Shown here piece by piece: positions 11,333 to 23,019 of a stretch of DNA of 64,000 nt. Source of the DNA: an uncultured Ruficoccus sp. Lineage in GTDB: Bacteria; Verrucomicrobiota; Verrucomicrobiia; Opitutales; Cerasicoccaceae. Each line of letters starts with the position of its first letter. The first letter of the stretch is position 1. The position numbers and the translations under genes are program-made. The stretch lies in assembly GCA_965140785.1 (NCBI GenBank), contig OZ223475.1, positions 1-64,000 on the forward strand. Direction: 5' to 3'. A model generated the notes under the pieces. The model saw only the letters and a program-made list of their open reading frames with translations, searched no databases and had not been told where the DNA came from.

Positions 11333-12871
11333 ATGAAGGCCGACACCTGTATTCTCTTCGATTCCGAGGCGGCGGAAACGGCCTGTCGGGAGGCGCTGGA
11401 GCGGTGCTTTCAGTTGGAGAGCGTGAGCGCGGGGCAGAGCCGTCATGCTTATTTCGATACATTTGACTGGCGGCTGTTCGCGGAGGGGGCCTGCCTGGAG
11501 CGGACCGATGGCGAACTGCGACTGTGCTCGCTGGCCGATGACGAGGTGCTGGCCGTGGCCGACTGGAAAGGACGCCGTCCGCCGGTTTTCGCGACAGATG
11601 TCGCCGCGAAGGAACCCCTACGCAAACCCTTGGAAAACCTGTGCGGTATCCGTGCACTCATGACGCAGGCCGAGTTAGTTGCCCATAGCCGGGAGTACCG
11701 GGTGCTCGACGCCGACGCCAAGACCGTGCTGCGCGTCAGGGTGGGCAGCTACGCCTTTCACGGCGGGGACCAGCCGTTTCTGCGCGAGTGGCGCATCCGC
11801 CCGCTCAAGGGGTACGAGGGCGAGGCCCGGCAGTTCTGCGAACTGGCCGGTAACTACGGGACGCGGCAGAAGGGCGCGGGCGTGCACCCGTTGGCCGTGG
11901 CGCTGCGGGAGCGCGGCGTCGATCCGTTCCGCTACGCGCCCAACCGCGACCTGGGATTTTCCCCGGAGTTGCCCGCCTACCTGGCCGCACGCAATGTACT
12001 TGAGCACGCGCTGGAGGTGGTCGAGGCCAACCAGCAGGGCATTCTGGACGATACGGACACGGAATTTCTGCACCACTACCGCGTCGCCCTGCGCCAGACC
12101 AAGTCCGCGCTGGGGCTGTTTCGTGAGGTGCTCCCGAAGAAGGACGCGCTCGCGCTGAAGGAAACGGTTGGTCGGCTCGCCCGCGCCAGTAACACCGTGC
12201 GCGACCTGGACGTTTTTCTGCTCAAGCGCGGGTCGATCACGGCGCGGCTGCCGCGCGCGTTCAACCCCGGGGTGGAGACCTTTTTCCGCCGCCTGAAGGC
12301 CGAGCGCCGCCGCGAGTTCAAGAAGCTGTGCGCGTTCCTGCGCTCGGAGGAACTGCCCACGGCCAAGCTCGAGTGGCGCAACTTCGCCACGCGTCTGGCC
12401 AACCCGGACTACACACCGGCGCCGGGCATCTCCGTGTACACGGTGGCCTGCGCCAACATCTCCCGCCGCTACGCGCGCATCCTCAAGCGCGGCGGCAAGC
12501 TCGGGGCCGGTTCGCCGGAGGAGCCGTTCCACGAGCTGCGCATCGATTTCAAAAAGCTGCGCTACAACCTGGAGTTCTTCCGCTCGCTTTTTCCGGGCAA
12601 GGATATCGGGTACTTCATCCGCCACCTGCGCCGGATGCAGAACCTGCTCGGGGATTTGAACGACATCAAGGTCCAGCGGGACTTCCTCACGGCGCGGCTG
12701 GCCCGGCTGGATTTGAAAACCCGCGACTCGGCCAACGTCGCCGCTTCGCTCGGGGCGCTCATCGCCCGGCTGGAGGAGGGGAGCCTGCGCCTGCGCGAGG
12801 ACTTCCCCGAGGCTTTTAAGGAGCTGGCTGCCGGGCGGATGAAAACCATTGCCGAGCGCCTCTTCCGATAA
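11333..12871 (+). CDS. CYTH-like + CHAD domain protein (predicted polyphosphate-binding)
   Basis: N-terminal YFDTFDWRL; CHAD motifs 'EFLHHYRVALR', 'VRDLDVF', 'FHELRIDFKKLRYNLEFF', 'MQNLLGDLND'. Confidence 0.9.
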   Translation: MKADTCILFDSEAAETACREALERCFQLESVSAGQSRHAYFDTFDWRLFAEGACLERTDGELRLCSLADDEVLAVADWKGRRPPVFATDVAAKEPLRKPLENLCGIRALMTQAELVAHSREYRVLDADAKTVLRVRVGSYAFHGGDQPFLREWRIRPLKGYEGEARQFCELAGNYGTRQKGAGVHPLAVALRERGVDPFRYAPNRDLGFSPELPAYLAARNVLEHALEVVEANQQGILDDTDTEFLHHYRVALRQTKSALGLFREVLPKKDALALKETVGRLARASNTVRDLDVFLLKRGSITARLPRAFNPGVETFFRRLKAERRREFKKLCAFLRSEELPTAKLEWRNFATRLANPDYTPAPGISVYTVACANISRRYARILKRGGKLGAGSPEEPFHELRIDFKKLRYNLEFFRSLFPGKDIGYFIRHLRRMQNLLGDLNDIKVQRDFLTARLARLDLKTRDSANVAASLGALIARLEEGSLRLREDFPEAFKELAAGRMKTIAERLFR

Positions 12872-12874
12872 ACC

Positions 12875-13615
12875 ATGAAGATTTTGACCCTTTACCACCT
12901 CAAGGGCGGCGTGGGAAAAACCGCCGCCGCCGTCAACCTCAGCTACCTGGCCGCGGCGGAGGGTCGGCGCGTGCTCCTGTGCGATCTCGATCCGCAGGGC
13001 TCGGCCTCGTACTACTTCCGGATGCGTCCGGCGCGCAAGGTCAAGGTGGGCAAGCTGCTCAAGTCGGCCAAGTTCGCGGAGAAGCAGGTGCGCGAGTCCG
13101 ACTACGAAAATTTGTTTCTCATGCCCTCGGACCTGGCGCTGCGCCAGCTCGACCTCAAGCTCGAGTCCGGTAAGCACTCGCGCACGCGGCTCAAGCGGCT
13201 CTTCGCCGACATGGAGGATGATTACGACCTCGTGGTGGTGGACGCGCCCCCGGCGATTACCCTGCTGGCGGAGAATCTGTTCCGCGCCTCCGACCTGCTG
13301 CTGGTGCCGGTCATCCCGACCGTGCTGGCGCACCAGGCGCTGCTCAAGGTGGTGGAGTTCATGGAGCAGGAGAAGCTGGGCACGGAGCGCCTGCGGGCGT
13401 TTTTCTCCATGGCCGACCGGCGCAAGAAACTGCACCGCGAGTTCATGCGCCAGCTTGCGCAGGACCGGGAACGCTTTCTGTCCGCTGTCGTTCCCTATGC
13501 CAGCGCGGTGGAAAACATGGGCCTCGAGCGCCGTCCGCTGTCCGCCTACGACCGCAGCAGCCCTGCCGCCAAAGCCTATCGCGAGCTCTGGGCCCAGTGC
13601 CGGGCGTTTGTGTAA
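12875..13615 (+). CDS. Orphan ParA/MinD-family ATPase
   Basis: Deviant Walker A KGGVGKT, DLDPQG, Walker B 'VVDAPP', LVPVIP; starts 3 nt after the CHAD stop codon. Confidence 0.92.
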   Translation: MKILTLYHLKGGVGKTAAAVNLSYLAAAEGRRVLLCDLDPQGSASYYFRMRPARKVKVGKLLKSAKFAEKQVRESDYENLFLMPSDLALRQLDLKLESGKHSRTRLKRLFADMEDDYDLVVVDAPPAITLLAENLFRASDLLLVPVIPTVLAHQALLKVVEFMEQEKLGTERLRAFFSMADRRKKLHREFMRQLAQDRERFLSAVVPYASAVENMGLERRPLSAYDRSSPAAKAYRELWAQCRAFV

Positions 13616-13694
13616 ACCGGCCAGCCGTAACTGTTCGGTGGCGCCGGAGGGAGCTCGCGTGCGGGGACGCTTATGGGGTGCTGCCTGCGGAGGC

Positions 13695-14225
13695 TTATTG
13701 GGGGGTGCCGTGAATTCGTTCCAAGGCGGCTTGTCTTCTGAGCTCGAGCAGCGCATCCGCTTTTTGGGTGAGGAAGAAGAGCGTCATCGGCTGGCGATCG
13801 ACATCGACCGCCGTGCTTCCGAAGGTGTCGGCCAGTTGTTCGACAGAGACCTTCCGGCTGCCCATACTCTTGATCAGGCCGTGGCCGGAAAAGGTCAGCT
13901 CGATGCTAAACTCGACCAAAGATTTTCTTTTGACAGCTAGGGTGAGGAGCTTGTTGTCGTCGAGGTAGAGGGTGGTGTTGGTGGCATCGGTCAGCGGGCT
14001 GATGCTGAGCAGGACGGGCTGCCCGGTCTTGTCATCGATAAGCCCGTAACAGAGCATGGCCGTGTTCGTGTCGACGTAAGGGAGCAGGACGGCCGGGGCG
14101 ATGCGATTGGCTACGGCGGGCAGAATGGTTGCCCGCTCGAGCGGCTGGCGTGAAATTACCTCCGGGACTTCAGCCGAGGCCAGGGAGGGTAGGAGCAGCA
14201 GCAGGATCAGGCGGGACAGGCGCAT
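13695..14225 (-). CDS. Hypothetical secreted protein
   Basis: Signal peptide MRLSRLILLLLLPSLASA; directly downstream of the AI-2E gene. Confidence 0.7.
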   Translation of the reverse strand: MRLSRLILLLLLPSLASAEVPEVISRQPLERATILPAVANRIAPAVLLPYVDTNTAMLCYGLIDDKTGQPVLLSISPLTDATNTTLYLDDNKLLTLAVKRKSLVEFSIELTFSGHGLIKSMGSRKVSVEQLADTFGSTAVDVDRQPMTLFFLTQKADALLELRRQAALERIHGTPQ

Positions 14226-14243
14226 GCGAGCGATCTATGAGTG

Positions 14244-15476
14244 TCAGTCTTTATCGGGATGGGCCACCTGTTCGGCAGGTGGATCGAGGGAGCCGTCGGG
14301 ATTCTTCTCGGTCAGCATGGGCAGGTACTTGACCTTGACCAGGCGCCAGACGACAACGAAGAAGGCGGTCAGCGGGATGGCCAGGATCATGCCGAGGATG
14401 CCGTCGAAGGCGGTGCCCCAGAAGAAGATCGCGAGGATGATGACCATCGGGTGCAGGCCGGTGCGGTCGCCCATGATTTTCGGCGTCAGGAAATAGCCCT
14501 CCAGCGCCTGCACGGCGGCGAAGACGATGAGCACGTAGATGATCGTGCTGAGGCCGCCCCCGTCCTGCAGGTAGCCCACGGGCAGCGCCATGGCCAGGCC
14601 GAGAATGGTGCCCAGGTAGGGGATGATGTTGAGAAAGCCCATCGCCATCCCGATGAAGAAGCCGAACTTAAGCCCGACGATGCTGAAGCCGGTGGCGTAG
14701 CACACGCCCATGATCAGCCCGATGACGATCTGGCCGCGGAAGAAGGAGATGAGGATGCCGACAAACTCCTTGGCGAGGAAGACGATGTCGTCGCGGATCT
14801 TATCGTTGACGAAGACCAGTTCGTGCTTGAGATCCTGCGAAAAATCCCGGTCCGTCAGCAGGAGGAAAAACAGATATACCGGAATGATAGCGAACTGCGC
14901 TGACAGGCCGAAGAAGGTCATCAGGCCCTTGCCGGATCTCTCCAGGATGCTGACCATGCTGCCGGCGCTGTTCTTAATTACCTCCAGCACGCGGGCCGCC
15001 ACCTCGTCGCCCTGGTTCATCATCTGGTTCCACTTCTGCTCGCCAAAGATGTCCTGGCCGATCTTGGTCAGCTCGGGGAAGCGGTCTCTGACCGAGGCGA
15101 CCAACTGGCTGATCTGGTCGGGCAGGGTCTGGAAGAAGTCGATGATCTGCTGGTCGAAGACTGTGATCACGGCATAGAGCCCGCCCGCGACCAGCAGGAT
15201 GGCCAGGGCGTACAAGATGATGATCGACGGGATGAGCCCGAGGTGCAGCTTGCGGCTGATCAGCCCGACGACGGGACGCAGGAGCATGGCCAGGATACCT
15301 GCGGCGGCCAGTGGCCAGAGCACACCGCTGAAGGCGGCGACGAAAATCTTCAGCAGGTAAAAGCACAGCAGCACGACTGCGCATAAAAAGACGACACCCA
15401 GCGCGGTGAGAGCGGCCACGACAATGCGCTTTTGCAGGTCGCTGAAAGTCTTGTTCTCCGGCTGCTTTTCGCCCAT
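14244..15476 (-). CDS. AI-2E family transporter
   Basis: Multi-TM protein; 'FFRGQ', 'LNIIPYLG', 'QALEGYFLTPKIMGDRTGLHP', 'GILGMILAIPL'. Confidence 0.92.
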   Translation of the reverse strand: MGEKQPENKTFSDLQKRIVVAALTALGVVFLCAVVLLCFYLLKIFVAAFSGVLWPLAAAGILAMLLRPVVGLISRKLHLGLIPSIIILYALAILLVAGGLYAVITVFDQQIIDFFQTLPDQISQLVASVRDRFPELTKIGQDIFGEQKWNQMMNQGDEVAARVLEVIKNSAGSMVSILERSGKGLMTFFGLSAQFAIIPVYLFFLLLTDRDFSQDLKHELVFVNDKIRDDIVFLAKEFVGILISFFRGQIVIGLIMGVCYATGFSIVGLKFGFFIGMAMGFLNIIPYLGTILGLAMALPVGYLQDGGGLSTIIYVLIVFAAVQALEGYFLTPKIMGDRTGLHPMVIILAIFFWGTAFDGILGMILAIPLTAFFVVVWRLVKVKYLPMLTEKNPDGSLDPPAEQVAHPDKD

Positions 15477-15510
15477 GGAGGGAAGCATGCCGGGGGCAGG
15501 CACGCTGTCG

Positions 15511-15680
15511 AGGTTTTATATGACGGTGCGCGACCGCACAGGACATGCAGGGGGCCAGCCCCAACGCTCGCAGCCAAGGGTAATTTGCCGCCGAAGACTA
15601 TCACCCGCGCAGATGAGGTGAACAAAGTTCCTTTGACCCGGCCTCAACCACCGTTACCCATGCCTTTGCTCCAAGCAAAG
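15511..15680 (-). ncRNA. Candidate structured RNA (6S-like rod or cis-regulatory leader)
   Basis: Nested pairings on the minus strand: acggtg/caccgt, ggccg/cggtc, agga/tcct, gggtgat/attaccc, plus hairpins ggggctggcccc and ctttgcttggagcaaag. Family not recognised. Confidence 0.35.
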
Positions 15681-15723
15681 TCATCACGATCCGGTAGGAT
15701 CGAGCGTGCAGGGTATGCTCTGC

Positions 15724-16011
15724 CTAGTCGTCTTCGTAGTTGTCGGGCAGGCCGAGGGCGAGGCGGACTTCGGGCTCTTCGTCGAGGGCGTCCGTCAGTT
15801 CCTCCACACTGAAGTCCGGCACGATGAAGTCGCCGAATTCGAGGGTGGGGGTCTTGGTCTGGCCGCTGACCTCGATCATGCGCTGCATATTCTGGGCGCT
15901 CAGATTAACGTCGCGCAGATCGACCTCGACCGCGTGCTTCTGAAAGAAGGACATCGCGTCACGGCACCAGGGGCAGCCTCGCTTGATATACAGAATGGGG
16001 TGTTTGGACAT
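15724..16011 (-). CDS. Glutaredoxin family protein
   Basis: CPWC active site; 'SGQTKTPTL'. Confidence 0.9.
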   Translation of the reverse strand: MSKHPILYIKRGCPWCRDAMSFFQKHAVEVDLRDVNLSAQNMQRMIEVSGQTKTPTLEFGDFIVPDFSVEELTDALDEEPEVRLALGLPDNYEDD

Positions 16012-16163
16012 TACGTTTATCCTTTTCTTTAAGTGATTTAAATCAACCACGACCCGCCCGCCGCCGCAACCCTTTTTCGACGATTTAGCGGACGGTGAAA
16101 CAAATGTTCCTTGGCTTGCGGTGCGGACGAAATGGGGGCACGTTAATAGTTTTGTCCGGCACC

Positions 16164-19022
<2,859 letters not shown>

Positions 19023-19029
19023 GTGTTTC

Positions 19030-19077
19030 CTGGGCTTACCCAGCCCAGACTCGCGGCAGCCGAGGGCTGCACCCCGG
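19030..19077 (+). repeat. REP-like repeat, family A (ctgggcttac-cagcccagac-cgcggcagcc-gggctgcac)
   Basis: Near-identical to the reverse complement of 25657-25702; related to 25417-25462 and 44350-44385. Confidence 0.75.
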
Positions 19078-19205
19078 TTCGGCATCCGGGCTACGCCCAA
19101 ACGCCGGACCGCCTTTGAAGCCTTCCCTGACACAGGTTCGCCAAAAAAGAAGCGCAGCCTCTGGCGTTGCCAAGGGTGGGGGAAGCTGTCAGGGTGGCCG
19201 GCTTT

Positions 19206-20042
19206 ATGAAACCGCAAAAGAGAAAGCCGGGACGCAAGCCGGTTGCCAGCGAACTGCGCCACCGGATCAATGCCGGTCGGGTCGCGGTGAAGAACCAGAT
19301 TGCCTTTTTTGAGAGCCAGTTCGGCCAGGTCGAGAGTCAGTGGAAGGAAGACGAGACCCGCGTGACCTTCGTGGATTTTGCGATTTCCGAAAAAGTTTTC
19401 GGCGAGCTGCGCCGGTCGTTCCCGCATGATGACTTCTGCAGCGAGGAGTCCAACCCCGAGGACGAGGTCCTGCCGCTGGAGGCCGAGTACGCCTGGATCA
19501 TCGATCCCATCGACGGGACGAACAACTACGCGCTGGGCATCCCGATGTGTTCGATTTCGCTGGCCCTGCTGCGCAACGGAGAGCCCGTGTACGGCTACAT
19601 CTACGACTACGCGCGCAAGGTGCTGGTCCAGGGCGGGCCCGGCGAGGGCGTGCTTGACGGCACGCAGAAATGCCGTGTCCTCTCAGCCGAGCCGACCGGG
19701 CAGAGTCACTTCGCCACGAATTTCCCCTACGCGCCCGCGGACATGGCGCAGATGCGCCCACTGTTCGAGCAGTACCGGGTGCGGTGCTTCGGCAGCGCAG
19801 CGATTAACCTCGCCTACACCGCGGTGGGCAAGCTGGAAGCCTGCCTGGACTTCCGGGTAAAACTCTGGGACGTGGCAGCGGGCTTTGCCCTGATCAAGGC
19901 CGGAGGCGGCGAGGTCGTCTATCTGGATCAGGAGCCGTTGTTTCCGCTCAACGCCTTCCACGTGCACATGCCGAGCGTCCGTTACGTGGCGGGAAATCCG
20001 GCCTTTTGCCGGAAGGTGGAGGCGTGTTACCGGGGGCAGTAG
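19206..20042 (+). CDS. Inositol monophosphatase family protein (SuhB-like)
   Basis: SEE, WIIDPIDGTNNY, RCFGSAA, WDVAAG. Confidence 0.92.
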   Translation: MKPQKRKPGRKPVASELRHRINAGRVAVKNQIAFFESQFGQVESQWKEDETRVTFVDFAISEKVFGELRRSFPHDDFCSEESNPEDEVLPLEAEYAWIIDPIDGTNNYALGIPMCSISLALLRNGEPVYGYIYDYARKVLVQGGPGEGVLDGTQKCRVLSAEPTGQSHFATNFPYAPADMAQMRPLFEQYRVRCFGSAAINLAYTAVGKLEACLDFRVKLWDVAAGFALIKAGGGEVVYLDQEPLFPLNAFHVHMPSVRYVAGNPAFCRKVEACYRGQ

Positions 20043-20059
20043 CCCGCCGGTGGGAGACT

Positions 20060-20205
20060 TAGGGCCTGTTCAGATGAACGCTCAAAGTGGCAGGAAATGG
20101 GTCTTTTCGGCCCGATGCCGACGTTTTTCGACTCGACGAATCTGGATTGGCCTCGTCTCTAAACCTCAGCCCGTGCTCAGAAAATCCCTCATTTTTGCAT
20201 CTTTT
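20060..20205. repeat. Degenerate MITE-like palindromic element
   Basis: Begins tagggcctgttca; arms gcaggaaatgggtcttttc and gaaaatccctcatttttgc are imperfectly complementary. Confidence 0.35.
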
Positions 20206-20269
20206 CCGTTCCGTGTCCTCAAGGGCGCCAAGGCAGGCCGACCACCACCGTGTAAACCATGGTTTACAT

Positions 20270-20435
20270 TCTTCAGAGGAGCTCCCGTCTGCGCTTGCCT
20301 CTCATGCAGGGGTAGCAAGGGGGCTTTTCTTTTAGCTGACACACCTCCTTTTGGAGAGACTCGATGACCTGCTGCTATTGGCGGTTCATGGGTCGGCACT
20401 AAGCAGCCTCCCCCAACCCACCAACATGCTCAATA
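20270..20435 (-). pseudogene. Decayed N-terminal fragment of an integrase-core transposase (PVC type)
   Basis: Minus strand reads LSMLVGW-[short insertion]-MNRQ*QQVIESLQKEVCQLKEK, resembling the 'LAGWxNRQQQxVIEYLxEE' starts of such transposases. Confidence 0.4.
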
Positions 20436-20506
20436 GAAGCTGAAACTGAGGCTGCGCTACGAAAATGCTGCCCGCCTACAAGTCTCTGTTGATGAAGAGC
20501 GATGAT

Positions 20507-20728
20507 TTAACATTTATCAAACTTCATTTCTATAAATGCCACTATCAATAACAATAAAAGAATGGCGCCAAAAAGTATATTTCCAATACCTATACCCGAT
20601 GATATGCCAATCGCCATTCCAGCCAAAAACCATTTGAAGCCAAAAAGAGCTTTATGTGTATTTTTCTTGTCATTCAACATTTGGGCATACTTTAGCAGTG
20701 CAATAACTCCAGGCAACATACCAATCAA
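20507..20728 (-). CDS. AT-rich small membrane protein or gene fragment
   Basis: 73-aa hydrophobic ORF, much more AT-rich than its flanks; start codon uncertain. Confidence 0.4.
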   Translation of the reverse strand: MIGMLPGVIALLKYAQMLNDKKNTHKALFGFKWFLAGMAIGISSGIGIGNILFGAILLLLLIVAFIEMKFDKC

Positions 20729-20786
20729 CCGCCGTAATACCCCACACGACCCATCCTATCTGAAAACGACCTAGGGAAAAAGTGCT

Positions 20787-21368
20787 CTATTCCTTAAAAG
20801 CAAAAGTCTTGCGGATCAGGTCGAAGCCGGGGAGTGCGGTCTCAAGGTCGTCCGAGTAATACAGCTCGGTCACAAGGATGCCTTTCTTACCTTCGGTCGA
20901 GACAAAGATGCGGGCCCCGCCGGGGAGAAAGCTGGCGATCTTGCCCTTGAGGTGGACGCCTTCGCCCTTGAAGCTGCCCCAGTTGTCGAAGCTGTCGCGC
21001 GAGTAAGTGTCGATCATCGGGCCGTCCAGCGTGGTCAGGATGCTGAACATGATGTCGTCGGCGTCGGTATCGGCATCGGGGACGAAGATCTTGATCGTGA
21101 CATAGGAATCGGCATTGGCGACCTCGATGGTGAACAGGCGGTCGGCGTCGTAGTCCTGCTGGCTGGTAGCCACCTTCCAGCCGACCGGGTAGCGCAGGGA
21201 AAAGCCCGGACGGTCCAGAACGGCGACTTCGCTCGGGTCCCAATCTTCCTGGAGGGTGGTGAGAGCCAGCTGGGTGGCTGACTCTATGAGTGGCAGGCCG
21301 TTCATGGTGGCATTGGCTGCGGTGATCGACGCGAGAAAGGCCATTAAGGATGAGAGAATTTTAGGCAT
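20787..21368 (-). CDS. Secreted protein, PsbP/DcrB-like fold suspected
   Basis: Signal peptide; 'GFSLRYPVGWKV' and terminal 'FDLIRKTFAFK' patterns. Confidence 0.6.
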   Translation of the reverse strand: MPKILSSLMAFLASITAANATMNGLPLIESATQLALTTLQEDWDPSEVAVLDRPGFSLRYPVGWKVATSQQDYDADRLFTIEVANADSYVTIKIFVPDADTDADDIMFSILTTLDGPMIDTYSRDSFDNWGSFKGEGVHLKGKIASFLPGGARIFVSTEGKKGILVTELYYSDDLETALPGFDLIRKTFAFKE

Positions 21369-21531
21369 CACAGAATCGTTTTTATCATTAAAGAGTGAAT
21401 AAATATAGTGTTTTTGCAAAACCTTCTTACAAAAATTTAACACTCAGTTCACTGAGGCATATACCCCAATGAAATTTCGTTGTCAATGGGATTAACGAAT
21501 CTACTAAGCAAATACAGTGCCGATGACGGCG

Positions 21532-22890
21532 CTATACCGTATAGCACGTACCAGGGACCGGATCGGTGATCTGGTAGTTATGGCCATTTTGCTCGAACTG
21601 ATCACGGAACCACGTCCGGGCTTCCGGGTCGCCGTGAGTGAGGACGATAGCGCGGGGTTCGCAGCGGTGGGCAAAGTCGAGGAGTTCCTCCCGGTCGGCG
21701 TGTCCGCTCAGATCGAAGCGTTCGATGGCCGCGCGGACCGGCGTGACGTGGTCCAGTGCGTCAAAGACGAAGGAATCCTCGTGGGCGGTTTGCTGGAGCT
21801 TGCCGCCGGGGGTGTCCGGGTCGCAGTAGCCCACGAAACAGAGGCTGTTGTGGGGGTTGCCCAGCAGGGATGCCGCCACCGCATAGGAGGGCGTCTTCTC
21901 CACCAGCATGCCGCTGCTGACCACAAAGAGCGTGGGCCGCGAGGGGGACTTACCGGGGCCGGGAAAGCGCTTCATGGTCTGCACACCGAGCTTTTTCAAC
22001 ACACTGCGGCGGAATTTTACGGCGTTGAGCTTGCGGGCGATGACGTCGAAATAGTCCACCAGGTCCAGGCCAAGGCCGGAGCAGATGACGGGGACCTTGG
22101 GGATGTCTCCCCGGGCGCGGGCCTCCTCCAAAATGGCGAGGATCTCCTGCATGCGCCCAAGGGCGAAGGCCGGAATCAGCACCGACCCGCCATTCTCCAG
22201 GGTGTGGCTGACGGTCTGGAGCAGGCGTGCGACCTCCTCCTCGCGGGTTTTCTCGGCGGTGCGCTGGGTGAGCCCGCGGGTGGTCTCCATGACCAGGGTG
22301 TCAAAGGTTTCGTCCGGAAAGGACGCGCCGGGTAGGGTCTTTTGGTCGGTGAAGAGCACGTCACCGGTGAAGAAAATCGAGCGGTGCTTATAGGTAAGTT
22401 TGACCCCAGCGGCACCGACGATGTGGCCGGAGGCGTAGAGGGTGACTTGAACTTCTTCGTCGCCCTTGGCGAAGGTGCGGGCGTGCCCGTAGGGCAGGGC
22501 GAACATCATCGGCTCGAGCTTGTCGAGTTCGGAAAAGGAGTACAGCGGGTAGTCGGGGATATTCAACTCCTCGCGCTGGCGGCGCATGACGTTGCAGGAG
22601 TTGCGCAGCATGCGAACGGCCAGCTCCTGGGTCGGTCGGCTGAGGATGATCATGGCCTCGGGCTGGTCGCGCACCGCCACCGGGAGCGAGCCGAGGTGAT
22701 CGAGGTGACAGTGCGTCAGGATAACCGCATCAATGCTGTTAGGCGCGAGCTGGCCGTAATCGGGCAGGGTTGCGCGCCCGACTTTTTTCGGGTGGATGCC
22801 CGCGTCGATAAGGAAACGGAACGGGCCAAGTTCAACTAGCAGGCAATTGGCTCCAATGCCCCCGTGCGGGTTCAGGTCTGTTAACTTCAT
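21532..22890 (-). CDS. MBL-fold beta-CASP ribonuclease-family protein
   Basis: IGANC, DAG, THCHLDHLGSLP, SGHIVGA, FTGD, FALGRMQE, SSGML, VGYC, FDLSGHAD. Confidence 0.92.
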   Translation of the reverse strand: MKLTDLNPHGGIGANCLLVELGPFRFLIDAGIHPKKVGRATLPDYGQLAPNSIDAVILTHCHLDHLGSLPVAVRDQPEAMIILSRPTQELAVRMLRNSCNVMRRQREELNIPDYPLYSFSELDKLEPMMFALPYGHARTFAKGDEEVQVTLYASGHIVGAAGVKLTYKHRSIFFTGDVLFTDQKTLPGASFPDETFDTLVMETTRGLTQRTAEKTREEEVARLLQTVSHTLENGGSVLIPAFALGRMQEILAILEEARARGDIPKVPVICSGLGLDLVDYFDVIARKLNAVKFRRSVLKKLGVQTMKRFPGPGKSPSRPTLFVVSSGMLVEKTPSYAVAASLLGNPHNSLCFVGYCDPDTPGGKLQQTAHEDSFVFDALDHVTPVRAAIERFDLSGHADREELLDFAHRCEPRAIVLTHGDPEARTWFRDQFEQNGHNYQITDPVPGTCYTV

Positions 22891-23019
22891 GTAAAGCAGC
22901 CGAAGCTAACGTATAGAAACGCATTAAGGCAATCCCCCTGTTTACTGAAAAACGGCTCTAAAAGCCGCGCCATTTCCCTTCGCCACATCGTCGAGGTAGT
23001 GGGCTACGAGCGCTTTCGC

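Noticed and set aside
12875..13615. ParA as the cognate Soj of the ParB at 4853
   Set aside because: It is 7 kb away, coupled to the CHAD gene, and lacks typical Soj signatures (NQKGGVGKTT, PVQCEYYALEG); not formally excluded.
11675..13756. 693-aa minus-strand ORF and similar long antisense ORFs (9591-10931, 32291-33778, 40936-42291, 48696-50048)
   Set aside because: They fully overlap well-supported genes, have no motifs, and are expected from high-GC codon bias.
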